A stretch of DNA of 42,768 nucleotides, taken from assembly GCA_021823905.1 (NCBI GenBank), contig JAKALX010000001.1:1-42768 (forward strand), given 5' to 3'. The DNA comes from Chloroflexota bacterium. Its GTDB lineage: Bacteria > Chloroflexota > Dehalococcoidia > Tepidiformales > Tepidiformaceae. The translations under genes were made by a program, and so were the position numbers. Shown one piece after another: positions 8,325 through 16,619 of the stretch. Below the pieces are notes generated by a model, which ran no database searches, had not been told where the DNA came from, and saw only the letters and a program-made list of their open reading frames with translations. Positions within the stretch are counted from its first letter, which is position 1. Every line of letters starts with the position of its first letter.

Positions 8325-9637
8325 ACGACCCGAAGACATTGAGAGAGAAGATCCTGGGCCTTGTTCGCGAGTTTCAGGATGCGCGAAGGAGAGGCGAGTC
8401 GGCTTTCCGGCCGGGCGAGGACACGGTTCGATACGCCGGCCGGGTGTTCGATGCGGACGAGATGGTGAACCTGGTCGATTCGTCGTTGGACTTCTGGCTC
8501 ACCGCCGGCCGATACGCGGAAGAGTTCGAGGCAGGCCTTGCGGAGTTCCTTGGCGTTCAGGACGCACTGTTGGTCAACTCGGGGTCCTCCGCGAACCTCG
8601 TGGCGCTATCGGCGTTGACCTCGGCGAAGCTGAAGGACCGCCGCATCAGAGCCGGTGACGAGGTCATCACGGTTGCGGCCGGGTTCCCCACCACCGTCAA
8701 CCCGATCATCCAGAACCGCGCCGTCCCCGTCTTTGTGGATGTCCAGCTCGCCACCTATGTGCCGACGATCCAAGCCATCGAGGCGGCGGTCGGGCCCCGG
8801 ACGCGAGCCGTGATGATCGCCCACACCATGGGCGTGCCGTTCCCTGTCGCGGAGGTTCGGGAATTGTGTGACCGGCGCCGCCTCTGGCTGATCGAGGACA
8901 ACTGCGACGCGCTCGGCAGCCGGTACCAGGGTCGACTCACTGGCTCGTTCGGCGATTTCGCAACCTGCAGCTTCTACCCCGCACACCACATCACGATGGG
9001 CGAGGGCGGCGCGGTCGTGACGAACAACGAGGACCTGGCACGCATCGCGCGCAGCTTTCGTGACTGGGGTCGCGATTGCTACTGCGCCGGCGGCGAGAAC
9101 AACACCTGTGGCAAGCGCTTCAGCCAGCAGTTCGGCACGCTGCCGCACGGCTACGACCACAAATACGTCTACGGCGAGATCGGCTACAACCTCAAAGTTA
9201 CCGACATGCAGGCTGCAATCGGAGTGGCGCAGCTTGCGAAGCTTCCGCAGTTGATTCAGGCCAGGAAGGCCAATCACGGGGCGCTGCACGCCGGCCTTTT
9301 GCCGTTCTCCGATCGCCTGGTGCTGCACGCTGGCCCGCCGGGATCGGATCCGTCCTGGTTTGGCTATGTGCTTACGGTGCGACCTGATGCCGAGTTTGCC
9401 CGCGCAGACCTGGTTGGCGCCCTTGAGAATGCGGGAGTCGAGACACGCAACCTTTTCTGTGGCAACCTCCTCCGGCATCCGGCGTATCTGGGCGTTGAGC
9501 ACCGATTTGTGGGGCCGCTAAGTGTCGCTGACCTCATCACCACGAACACGTTCTTCGTTGGTGTATACCCGGGTCTCACGCCTGCGATGATCAGCCACGT
9601 CCTGGACGTTGTCCGCTCGTTCATGAGTGACCATTAG
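8321..9637 (+). CDS. rfbH: CDP-6-deoxy-L-threo-D-glycero-4-hexulose 3-dehydrase (E1), DegT/DnrJ/EryC1 fold (438 aa)
   Basis: The GTG start at 8321 overlaps the rfbG stop (GTGA). It has FYPAHHITMGEGG, with His in place of the PLP-binding Lys. It also has Cys195-X57-Cys253-X1-Cys255-X7-Cys263, the spacing reported for the E1 [2Fe-2S] site. Confidence 0.9.
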   Translation: MNDPKTLREKILGLVREFQDARRRGESAFRPGEDTVRYAGRVFDADEMVNLVDSSLDFWLTAGRYAEEFEAGLAEFLGVQDALLVNSGSSANLVALSALTSAKLKDRRIRAGDEVITVAAGFPTTVNPIIQNRAVPVFVDVQLATYVPTIQAIEAAVGPRTRAVMIAHTMGVPFPVAEVRELCDRRRLWLIEDNCDALGSRYQGRLTGSFGDFATCSFYPAHHITMGEGGAVVTNNEDLARIARSFRDWGRDCYCAGGENNTCGKRFSQQFGTLPHGYDHKYVYGEIGYNLKVTDMQAAIGVAQLAKLPQLIQARKANHGALHAGLLPFSDRLVLHAGPPGSDPSWFGYVLTVRPDAEFARADLVGALENAGVETRNLFCGNLLRHPAYLGVEHRFVGPLSVADLITTNTFFVGVYPGLTPAMISHVLDVVRSFMSDH

Positions 9638-9648
9638 CGGCCTGCGCA

Positions 9649-10377
9649 ATGCCGAGGGCAATCCATTTCGAGGTATTCGTCGAACGGGTCGAACGCCATT
9701 CGCCGGGCGTGGCGTCATTTCACTTCGCATGGAGGGGCCGCCGGCCGCAATTTCGTCCAGGGCAGTTCGTGCACGTCGCACTGGACGACTACGACCCGTC
9801 GTTGCACTGGCCGGAGAGTCGGGTGTTCTCGATTGCCTCTGCACCCAGCGACCAAAACGGCATGCGTTTGACCATCAGCCGTCAGGGGCGCTTCACCGCT
9901 CGCCTGCTCGAGGAAGTGGAGCCTGGACGGGTGCTCTGGTGCAAGGGACCCTACGGCCAGTTCGAGGTGAGCCCTCGCGCTCCAGGCAAGGGGGTCGCGT
10001 TGGTCGCAGGCGGCACGGGAATCACGCCGTTCTGCGCCGTCATGGAGGAGGCACTGCTGCGGCCCGAGGTCTTGACCGGGCCAGTGCACCTCTACTATGG
10101 CGCACGGACCGCCGATCTCCTTGTTTATCGGGAGCTTGTGCAACGCTGCGCCGCTGAATTGCCCTGCTTCGAGACGGGACTATTCTCGGAGGAGGGCCAG
10201 GCGCCCCAAGGAATCGAGCAGGGGAGACTAGACATCGACCGGATCGCCCGCGAGTGCGGCGGGGATGTTACCTATTTTCTGAGTGGCCCAAAGCCGATGA
10301 TCGACGCTTTCTCGCAAACGCTGCGAGGTATCGACCTCCTGCCGCCGGATGGTGTCGTAGTGGACGCCTGGGAATGA
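9649..10377 (+). CDS. FNR-type FAD/NAD(P)H oxidoreductase, E3 (AscD/DdhD)-like reductase module without an N-terminal ferredoxin domain (242 aa)
   Basis: It has RVFSIASAP (an RxYS-type FAD motif), VALVAGGTGITPF (nucleotide-binding motif) and a C-terminal LSGPKPMI. It starts only 12 nt after the rfbH stop. Confidence 0.8.
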   Translation: MPRAIHFEVFVERVERHSPGVASFHFAWRGRRPQFRPGQFVHVALDDYDPSLHWPESRVFSIASAPSDQNGMRLTISRQGRFTARLLEEVEPGRVLWCKGPYGQFEVSPRAPGKGVALVAGGTGITPFCAVMEEALLRPEVLTGPVHLYYGARTADLLVYRELVQRCAAELPCFETGLFSEEGQAPQGIEQGRLDIDRIARECGGDVTYFLSGPKPMIDAFSQTLRGIDLLPPDGVVVDAWE

Positions 10378-11468
10378 GAGAGGCCCTACGCACGTCGCGA
10401 AACCCGCTGGCGGCGGACCTCGATTTCGTTCTTGAGCATACCCGCCCGCTGTGGGAGGATCTCCGGGGCGAGCGGCTCTTCGTTACAGGGGGCACCGGTT
10501 TCTTTGGGTGCTGGCTGCTGGAGAGCTTCGTCTGGGCCAACCAGGAACTCGCCCTTGGCGCCAGCGTTACGGTGCTCACGCGCGATCCAATGGCCTTCAG
10601 CCGCAAAGCACCACATTTGGCGAATCACCCCTCAGTTCGGCTTCACACCGGCGAAGTTCGCTCGTTTGAAATCCTGGAGGGGTCGTTCTCGCACGTCATC
10701 CACGCGGCCACCGAGGCGAGCGAGCCACTGAATCGGCAGCAACCGTTCGAAATGTTCGACACGATCATCGGGGGGACCCGCCACACACTCGAGTTCGCAC
10801 GGGCGGCTGGGGCGAGGAGACTTCTGCTGACGAGTTCGGGCGCGGTGTACGGGCCACAGGCGCCCGACCTCGCCCGCGTTTCCGAGGAGTACGCAGGGGC
10901 CCCAAACGTGGCGGACCCCGCGGCGGCGTACGGCGAGGGGAAACGCGCGGCCGAGATGCAATGCGTGCTTTCAAGTCGCGCCTTCGGCCTGGAGGCCAAG
11001 ATTGCGCGATGTTTCGCCTTTGTGGGTCCGTATCTCCCGCTCGATACTCACTTCGCAATCGGTAACTTCATCCGCGACGCGCTGACCGGTGGGCCGATTG
11101 TGGTCCACGGGGGCGGGATGCCGTGTCGCTCATACATGTACGCCGCCGACTTGGCGGTTTGGCTCTGGACGATTCTCTTCGCTGGCGCGTCGATGCGGCC
11201 ATACAACGTCGGGTCGGAGGTTGCCGTGGATCTCGCTGACCTGGCCGCGTTGGTCGCCAGAATCGCTGGCCTGAAATCTGGCGTCGAGGTTCGCGGTGAG
11301 GCCGACCGCGCAGGCGCTGGCATGAGATACGTGCCGTCAACCCGCCGCGCACAGGCGGAGCTCGGCCTGCGGGAATGGACATCACTGGAAGCAGGGATTG
11401 GGAAGACTGTCAGCGCGTGCCGCGGGGTGACCGGGCAGAGGCCAGCCAGGAGAAGGGTGGGCGCATGA
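10374..11468 (+). CDS. NAD-dependent epimerase/dehydratase-family SDR (364 aa), candidate sugar keto-reductase (YerF-like by context)
   Basis: The start ATG at 10374 overlaps the upstream stop (ATGA). It has the LFVTGGTGFFG Rossmann motif and the YGEGKRAAE catalytic YxxxK. Confidence 0.85.
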   Translation: MREALRTSRNPLAADLDFVLEHTRPLWEDLRGERLFVTGGTGFFGCWLLESFVWANQELALGASVTVLTRDPMAFSRKAPHLANHPSVRLHTGEVRSFEILEGSFSHVIHAATEASEPLNRQQPFEMFDTIIGGTRHTLEFARAAGARRLLLTSSGAVYGPQAPDLARVSEEYAGAPNVADPAAAYGEGKRAAEMQCVLSSRAFGLEAKIARCFAFVGPYLPLDTHFAIGNFIRDALTGGPIVVHGGGMPCRSYMYAADLAVWLWTILFAGASMRPYNVGSEVAVDLADLAALVARIAGLKSGVEVRGEADRAGAGMRYVPSTRRAQAELGLREWTSLEAGIGKTVSACRGVTGQRPARRRVGA

Positions 11469-13183
11469 AAGCATCTGACTTCGTCGCCGGCTACTTGCGG
11501 AGTCAAGGCGTAAGCCACGTCTTCGAGGTTGTCGGTGGCATGATCACGCACCTCATCGACTCGATTGCAGCCCGTGGGGATATCCAGCTCGTGAGCATGC
11601 ACCACGAGCAAGCGGCCGCCTTCGCCGCCGAGGGCGTCGCTCGGATGACCGGTGTGCCTGGCGTCGCGATGGCGACCAGCGGCCCGGGTGCAACAAACCT
11701 GCTCACAGGTATCGGCAGTTGCTACTTCGACTCGTATCCCGCAGTGTTCATTACGGGCCAGGTCAATCGCCACGAGCTGAAGGGTGACAGGGGCGTTCGG
11801 CAGCTGGGGTTTCAGGAGACAGACATCGTCTCGATGGCCAGGCCAATAACGAAGGCTGCGTGGCTCGTGGGCTCGCCGGAAGCGCTTCCGTCTCTCCTCG
11901 CCGAAGCGTTTCGCGTTTCGCTGGCCGGTCGGCCCGGCCCGGTGCTTCTCGACATTCCAATGGACGTGCAACGAGCCGAAGTCATTGGCGAGTTTCCTGC
12001 ACAGATGGATGCCCCCCCTGCAGCGCCCGACGCTGCATTGGTTGCAGAGCTGCTTGAAGCTCTTTGGAAGGCCAAACGACCCCTGATTCTTGCCGGCGGG
12101 GGTGTGCGCTCCGGTCGTGCTGCCAGGGAGTTCCGCGAGCTCGCTGCGGTCCTAGGTGTTCCGGTCGTCAGTTCGTTGATGGCGGTCGATGCGCTCGAAG
12201 CTGGGAACCCGCTACGAGTGGGAATGATCGGGTCGTACGGCAACAGGTGGGCCAACTTGGCGATAGGCCTTGCGGACTTTCTGCTGGTGCTGGGAAGCCG
12301 GCTCGACATCCGACAGACCGGCTCGGAAGTCGAAGCGTTTGGTGCTGGCCGAACCATTTTCCACGTCGATTGTGACCCTACCGAGGTCAACAACAGGGTC
12401 CAGAATTGCACAGAGATCCACGCGGACCTCAGCGCTTTCCTGGTGACAGCGGCCGCCCAAGCGAGGGGAGTGGAGCCCAAGCGGTGGCCAGGTTGGTCCG
12501 ATGAAATCGCCCAGCTCCGGTTACGATGGCCTGACGTCAATGAGAGCCGGGGTGGGAATGGGGTCAACCCCAACGAATTCATGCATCAACTGTCGGCAGC
12601 TTCTGGGTCGGCTGCGGCCTTCGTGGTGGATGTTGGTCAGCACCAGATGTGGGCAGGTCAGTCTCTGGCGCCGGGCCCCGAGCAGCGGTTCTTGACGTCC
12701 GGAGGGCTGGGAGCAATGGGTTCCGCTCTCCCCATCGCCGTCGGCGCGGCGTTTGCATCGGCCGGTAGGCCGGTCGTGTTAGTGGCGGGCGACGGGGGTT
12801 TTCAAGTCAACCTCCAGGAACTGCAAACAGTGGTGGCCAACTCGTTGCCCATCAAGATCCTGGTGCTCAACAACGGCTGCTATGGGATGGTAAGGCAGTT
12901 CCAGGAGAGCTACTTCGGCGGAAGGTATCACTCTACGGTCTGGGGTTACTCAGCGCCGGATTTCGTGCGGGTGGCGCAGGCGTTCGGGATCGAGGCCATC
13001 CGAGCGACATCCCCGCGAGAAGTCCCCGGCGGCCTGGCTGCGCTCTGGAAGGACCCCGGCGCACCGTTCCTCCTCGAGGTAGCAATCGACACCCACGCCA
13101 ATGCATTCCCGAAGATCGCATTTGGCCGGCCGATCACGGAAATGGAGCCATTCGCTAAGCCAGTCGAAATGGAGGGCACATAG
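11465..13183 (+). CDS. Thiamine-diphosphate enzyme of the acetolactate-synthase large-subunit family (572 aa), YerE-like by context
   Basis: The start ATG at 11465 overlaps the upstream stop (ATGA). It has TSGPGATNLLTGI and the ThDP motif GDGGFQVNLQELQTV...LVLNNGCYGMV. No ALS small-subunit gene is adjacent. Confidence 0.85.
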   Translation: MKASDFVAGYLRSQGVSHVFEVVGGMITHLIDSIAARGDIQLVSMHHEQAAAFAAEGVARMTGVPGVAMATSGPGATNLLTGIGSCYFDSYPAVFITGQVNRHELKGDRGVRQLGFQETDIVSMARPITKAAWLVGSPEALPSLLAEAFRVSLAGRPGPVLLDIPMDVQRAEVIGEFPAQMDAPPAAPDAALVAELLEALWKAKRPLILAGGGVRSGRAAREFRELAAVLGVPVVSSLMAVDALEAGNPLRVGMIGSYGNRWANLAIGLADFLLVLGSRLDIRQTGSEVEAFGAGRTIFHVDCDPTEVNNRVQNCTEIHADLSAFLVTAAAQARGVEPKRWPGWSDEIAQLRLRWPDVNESRGGNGVNPNEFMHQLSAASGSAAAFVVDVGQHQMWAGQSLAPGPEQRFLTSGGLGAMGSALPIAVGAAFASAGRPVVLVAGDGGFQVNLQELQTVVANSLPIKILVLNNGCYGMVRQFQESYFGGRYHSTVWGYSAPDFVRVAQAFGIEAIRATSPREVPGGLAALWKDPGAPFLLEVAIDTHANAFPKIAFGRPITEMEPFAKPVEMEGT

Positions 13184-13269
13184 TCTGGTGAGAGGAGGCG
13201 ACGATCTTCAGACGGATCGATCGTGAAACAGATGGGCGCGAGAAGTTCAACTCTACAGTAAGGAACAGT

Positions 13270-14664
13270 TTGAAGAGAACGGCGGGTCGCTCCTTCATGC
13301 AACTCAAGTGGTCCCTCCACGCGATCAGACGCAAGCTCGGCATCGATCGGGCTGTGGCCTTTGGCTCGTTTTCAACCGTCTGGGGCGCAGTCGGTGGTTC
13401 GGTATCCATTCTTCTGATTGCGCTTCGCTTCAGCCCGGAGGTGCAAGGCTACTATTACACCTTCAATAGCTTGCTTGCCCTGACGACGTTTGTCGAGCTC
13501 GGGCTGGGAACCGTCATTCAGCAGTTTGCGAGCCACGAGTGGGCGAGACTCGACCTGGACTCAGGCAAAGGCGTCGTGGGGGATGCGAATGCGCTCTCGC
13601 GGCTCGCGAGCCTGGCGCGGGTTTCGTTCAGGTGGTATGGGTTTGCTGGCGCGCTTGCGGTGATAGGTCTCGGTGCGGGAGGTGTCGTCTTCTTCGCCCA
13701 AAGGCCGTCTCCCGGGATCCAATGGGTCGGACCGTGGTTGGTATTGTGCGGGCTCTCCGGCATGAGGCTAGTGCTGGTTCCAGCGTGGTCGTTGCTGGAC
13801 GGCTGCGATCAAATGCGGCATACCAACGCCGCGAGGTTGGGGATTGCCGTGGTCACGAACCTATTTGCCTGGGCGGCAATCGTGCTCGGCGCAGGGTTAT
13901 GGACGCTGGTGATCTTGAATGGGGCGAATTTGGCGGTAGCGGCCGCGTTCTTTGCGCGGCGGTATGGGGACTTTTTCCGCGCCATCAGGTCGTCGCCACG
14001 CCATGCAGCGGTCGATTGGCGCCTCGAGATATGGCCCATGCAGTGGAGAATCGCCTTGAGCTGGTTGAGTGGCTATTTCATCTTTTCCCTGTTTACGCCC
14101 GTGATGTTTCAGTTCCACGGGGCCATCGTCGCAGGCCAAATGGGGATGACGTTGTCGTTGGCTAATGCGCTCCTCGCGTTTGCCTTGACGTGGGTGGCGA
14201 CGAAGGCCCCAGCGTTTGGCCAGTTGATCTCCCTACGGGACTTCGCGGGTCTGGATCGATTGTTTGCCGCTTCAACGGCGCAAGCGCTGGCAGTTGGGGG
14301 AATCGGAGCCCTGGCCATTCTTGGCGGTACGTACGGATTGAACGCGATCCATAGCCGGCTGGCGCTGCGTCTTCTCCCGCCGCTCCTGGTTGGGTTGTTT
14401 GTTGTCTCGGCTCTCATTGCGACGCTGGTAGGCGCGATGGCTACCTACCTGCGTGCCCACAAGCGGGAGCCGTACCTCGTCCCGTCGGTGCTCTGTGGCG
14501 TGGCGGTGGGAGTGACGACGATCGTCCTAGGCGGTCGATATGGGGCGCTAGGCGCGGCCATCGGCTACCTGGTGCTATCTCTCGTGTTCCTGATTCCGGA
14601 GGTCGCAATCTTTAGGCACTGCCAAAGCGCTTGGCATGTGACTGACGAGGGAGCTTCTGGCTGA
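13270..14664 (+). CDS. wzx: Polytopic membrane protein, Wzx-like (MOP superfamily) repeat-unit flippase
   Basis: The 464-aa ORF has about 12 hydrophobic segments and sits in a position typical of wzx. The start is either TTG 13270 (AAGGA 5-6 nt upstream) or ATG 13297. Confidence 0.65.
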   Translation: MKRTAGRSFMQLKWSLHAIRRKLGIDRAVAFGSFSTVWGAVGGSVSILLIALRFSPEVQGYYYTFNSLLALTTFVELGLGTVIQQFASHEWARLDLDSGKGVVGDANALSRLASLARVSFRWYGFAGALAVIGLGAGGVVFFAQRPSPGIQWVGPWLVLCGLSGMRLVLVPAWSLLDGCDQMRHTNAARLGIAVVTNLFAWAAIVLGAGLWTLVILNGANLAVAAAFFARRYGDFFRAIRSSPRHAAVDWRLEIWPMQWRIALSWLSGYFIFSLFTPVMFQFHGAIVAGQMGMTLSLANALLAFALTWVATKAPAFGQLISLRDFAGLDRLFAASTAQALAVGGIGALAILGGTYGLNAIHSRLALRLLPPLLVGLFVVSALIATLVGAMATYLRAHKREPYLVPSVLCGVAVGVTTIVLGGRYGALGAAIGYLVLSLVFLIPEVAIFRHCQSAWHVTDEGASG

Positions 14665-14692
14665 TGGGAGCGGAAGGGGTCCGGGGCGAGGA

Positions 14693-15358
14693 ATGCGACA
14701 GTTGAAAAGGGCACTTCGACGATTGATAGCCAGCGTGCTGCTGTTTCTTCGGCAGCAGGACCGGTATGTCTCGCGTCAGCGCGCCGAGAAGCGTGGTCTT
14801 CTTCGCATCGGCCGCCACACCTATGGCACTCCCATCATCGACTCCTACCCCGGGAGCGAGAAGGGGATCACGATCGGCGCGTTTTGCTCGATCTCGCGGG
14901 ATGTGGTGATGATTACGGGCGGCATTCACCCTACGCATTGGGTGTCAACGTTTCCCTTCAGGGTTCACTGGCACATGGCGGGAGCGTATGAAGACGGGAT
15001 GCCCTCGTCGAAAGGGGACATCGTGGTGGGTTCGGACGTGTGGATTGGGACTGAGGCGATGATCCACTCGGGGGTGACCATTGGAGACGGCGCGGTGGTG
15101 GCGGCACGGTCGGTTGTGACTCGGGACGTTCCCCCCTACGCTGTCGTAGCCGGGGTGCCGGCAAAGGTCGTGCGATTTCGCTTCGAGGATAAGGTGATTC
15201 AGTCGCTTCTTCGGATTCGGTGGTGGGATTGGGACGACGAGGCCGTGCGCGAGGCCGTCCCTTACCTATCCTGTGACGATATCGCGGCCTTTCTCGGGAA
15301 GTATGGGGGGATGAGCGGCGGCGGAAACTCGTCATCCAATCGCCCACACGCGCGATGA
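14693..15358 (+). CDS. Hexapeptide-repeat (left-handed beta-helix) O-acetyltransferase, XAT/CatB-Vat-like
   Basis: It contains [71 protein letters not shown] and WWDW. Confidence 0.85.
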   Translation: MRQLKRALRRLIASVLLFLRQQDRYVSRQRAEKRGLLRIGRHTYGTPIIDSYPGSEKGITIGAFCSISRDVVMITGGIHPTHWVSTFPFRVHWHMAGAYEDGMPSSKGDIVVGSDVWIGTEAMIHSGVTIGDGAVVAARSVVTRDVPPYAVVAGVPAKVVRFRFEDKVIQSLLRIRWWDWDDEAVREAVPYLSCDDIAAFLGKYGGMSGGGNSSSNRPHAR

Positions 15359-15537
15359 CCGGTCCAGATCGTGACTACATTCGAGGGTTAACCGAGCGAG
15401 CGGCACTTGAGGGCCCGGTCCTGGAGCTGGGTGGTGGTTATGGTGGTGCAACGTCTCGCGAAATTGTGGTCGCCGCCGGCCTGCGGCATTTCGCAACCGA
15501 CCTTCAGGGTGGGCCAGGGGTTGACAGAGGTGAGTGA
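15355..15537 (+). pseudogene. N-terminal stub (60 codons) of a class I SAM-dependent methyltransferase
   Basis: The start ATG overlaps the acetyltransferase stop (ATGA). It has motif I VLELGGGYGG and the acidic post-I residue in HFATDL. It ends about 8 nt before the IS630-family element, and the remaining ~150 codons are absent. Confidence 0.5.
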
Positions 15538-15574
15538 GCGGCACCTATTGACCATTGCCTAAGTAATGGTACAT

Positions 15575-16129
15575 TCACAGCTCCAAGCCCGCCGCCCGGA
15601 CGAAGGCCGCAAGGAGGGTGCGGTTCGCTCGAGTGTCGCTGAGGGCACCGAGCACCGCGGCCTCCAGCGTCGTGAGGTCATCCGGCGCGAAGTTCGCCAG
15701 GTCACCGTACTTGGTATGGCTCCAGACCGGCTCGACGGGGTTGAGATCCGGCGCATAGGGCGGCAGGTACTCGACCACGATGCGCGGGTATTTGGCCAGC
15801 CACGTCGTGACGCAGGTCGCCCAGTGCGGGCGGTGCCGATCCCAGATGAGGGTGAAGCCATGCGGTACGTGACGTCGGAGAGCCTGGAGAAACCGGAGAA
15901 CTTCGGCACTGCGGATGTTGTCGCGATGGAGCGCCCAATACAGACCGAACCGGCGCCGGCGGGGTGCCACCGTGAGCGCGCTGATCGCGGAGAGCCGATC
16001 TCGGCGGTCCCACTGCCGGAGGATTGGCGTCTGGCCACGTGGCGCCCAGGTCCGCCGGCAGACCGGCTGGAGCATGAAGCCGCTCTCGTCGAGGAAGACG
16101 AGCGATCTACCGGCCCGGCGAGCGTTTTT
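15575..16129 (-). CDS. IS630 transposase, DDE catalytic part (orfB, +1 frame relative to orfA)
   Basis: This frame is open from just after the A7 run and reads KNARRAGRSLVFLDESGF...IWDRHRPH...YLPPYAPDLNPVEPVWSHTK, which are the DDE motifs. The ATG at 16075 used by the ORF track is internal. Confidence 0.8.
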   Translation of the reverse strand, partial: KNARRAGRSLVFLDESGFMLQPVCRRTWAPRGQTPILRQWDRRDRLSAISALTVAPRRRRFGLYWALHRDNIRSAEVLRFLQALRRHVPHGFTLIWDRHRPHWATCVTTWLAKYPRIVVEYLPPYAPDLNPVEPVWSHTKYGDLANFAPDDLTTLEAAVLGALSDTRANRTLLAAFVRAAGLEL

Positions 16130-16589
16130 TTATATGCGGCCAGCGCTCGGTGCGCCAGCGCTGGATGGCCACCTCGTCGCGTTCCCTGGCCCGACGCTCC
16201 GGCTTCTGGCAACTCCATCCTTCCCCGCGGAGGATCTTCCAGACGTGGGCGGGGTGGTAGCAGACGCCAAAGGTGCGGGCGATGACTTTGGCGACTCGGG
16301 GCAGCGTCCACAAATCGGTACTGAACCCGTGCGCCCGAGCCCCCCGCAGGAGGGACTTCAGCAACTTGGTGCGCTGTCGCGCTGTGATCCGCGGCGGCCG
16401 CCCCGGCGTTGGCTTGGGCCGCAAGGCATCGGAGCCACGCGCCCGGACTTCGGCCTGCCACCGACTCACGGACGTCGGAGAACAGCCGATCTGTCGCGCG
16501 ACCTCGCGCACCCCAAGCCCATCCTCGAGGAGGGCGACGGCCCGCCGCCGCCGCGCTTCCAGCTCTGCGGGACTGCCCTTGGGTCTCAT
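16107..16589 (-). CDS. IS630 transposase, N-terminal HTH part (orfA)
   Basis: LGVREVARQIGCSPTSVSRWQ and STDLWTLPRVAKVI are helix-turn-helix regions typical of IS630 transposases. It ends 9 codons after an A7 run (minus strand, 16125-16131). Confidence 0.85.
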   Translation of the reverse strand: MRPKGSPAELEARRRRAVALLEDGLGVREVARQIGCSPTSVSRWQAEVRARGSDALRPKPTPGRPPRITARQRTKLLKSLLRGARAHGFSTDLWTLPRVAKVIARTFGVCYHPAHVWKILRGEGWSCQKPERRARERDEVAIQRWRTERWPHIKKRSPGR

Positions 16590-16619
16590 GCATCAGAGAT
16601 TACAATCGTCCCATTTGTT

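Noticed and set aside
9222-9232. There is an 11-nt identity (gagtggcgcag) between CRISPR spacer 2 (41818-41848) and the rfbH coding sequence, which could indicate self-targeting.
   Set aside because: The match degrades immediately (about 15/17 at best). An 11-mer hit somewhere in about 86 kb of two-strand GC-rich sequence is expected by chance.
15559-16593. A 344-aa minus-strand ORF spans the whole IS630 element.
   Set aside because: It is the third frame, the one a -1 slip would enter. It has no HTH or DDE motifs and is Arg/Ala/Ser/Gly-rich, whereas the other two frames carry the transposase motifs.
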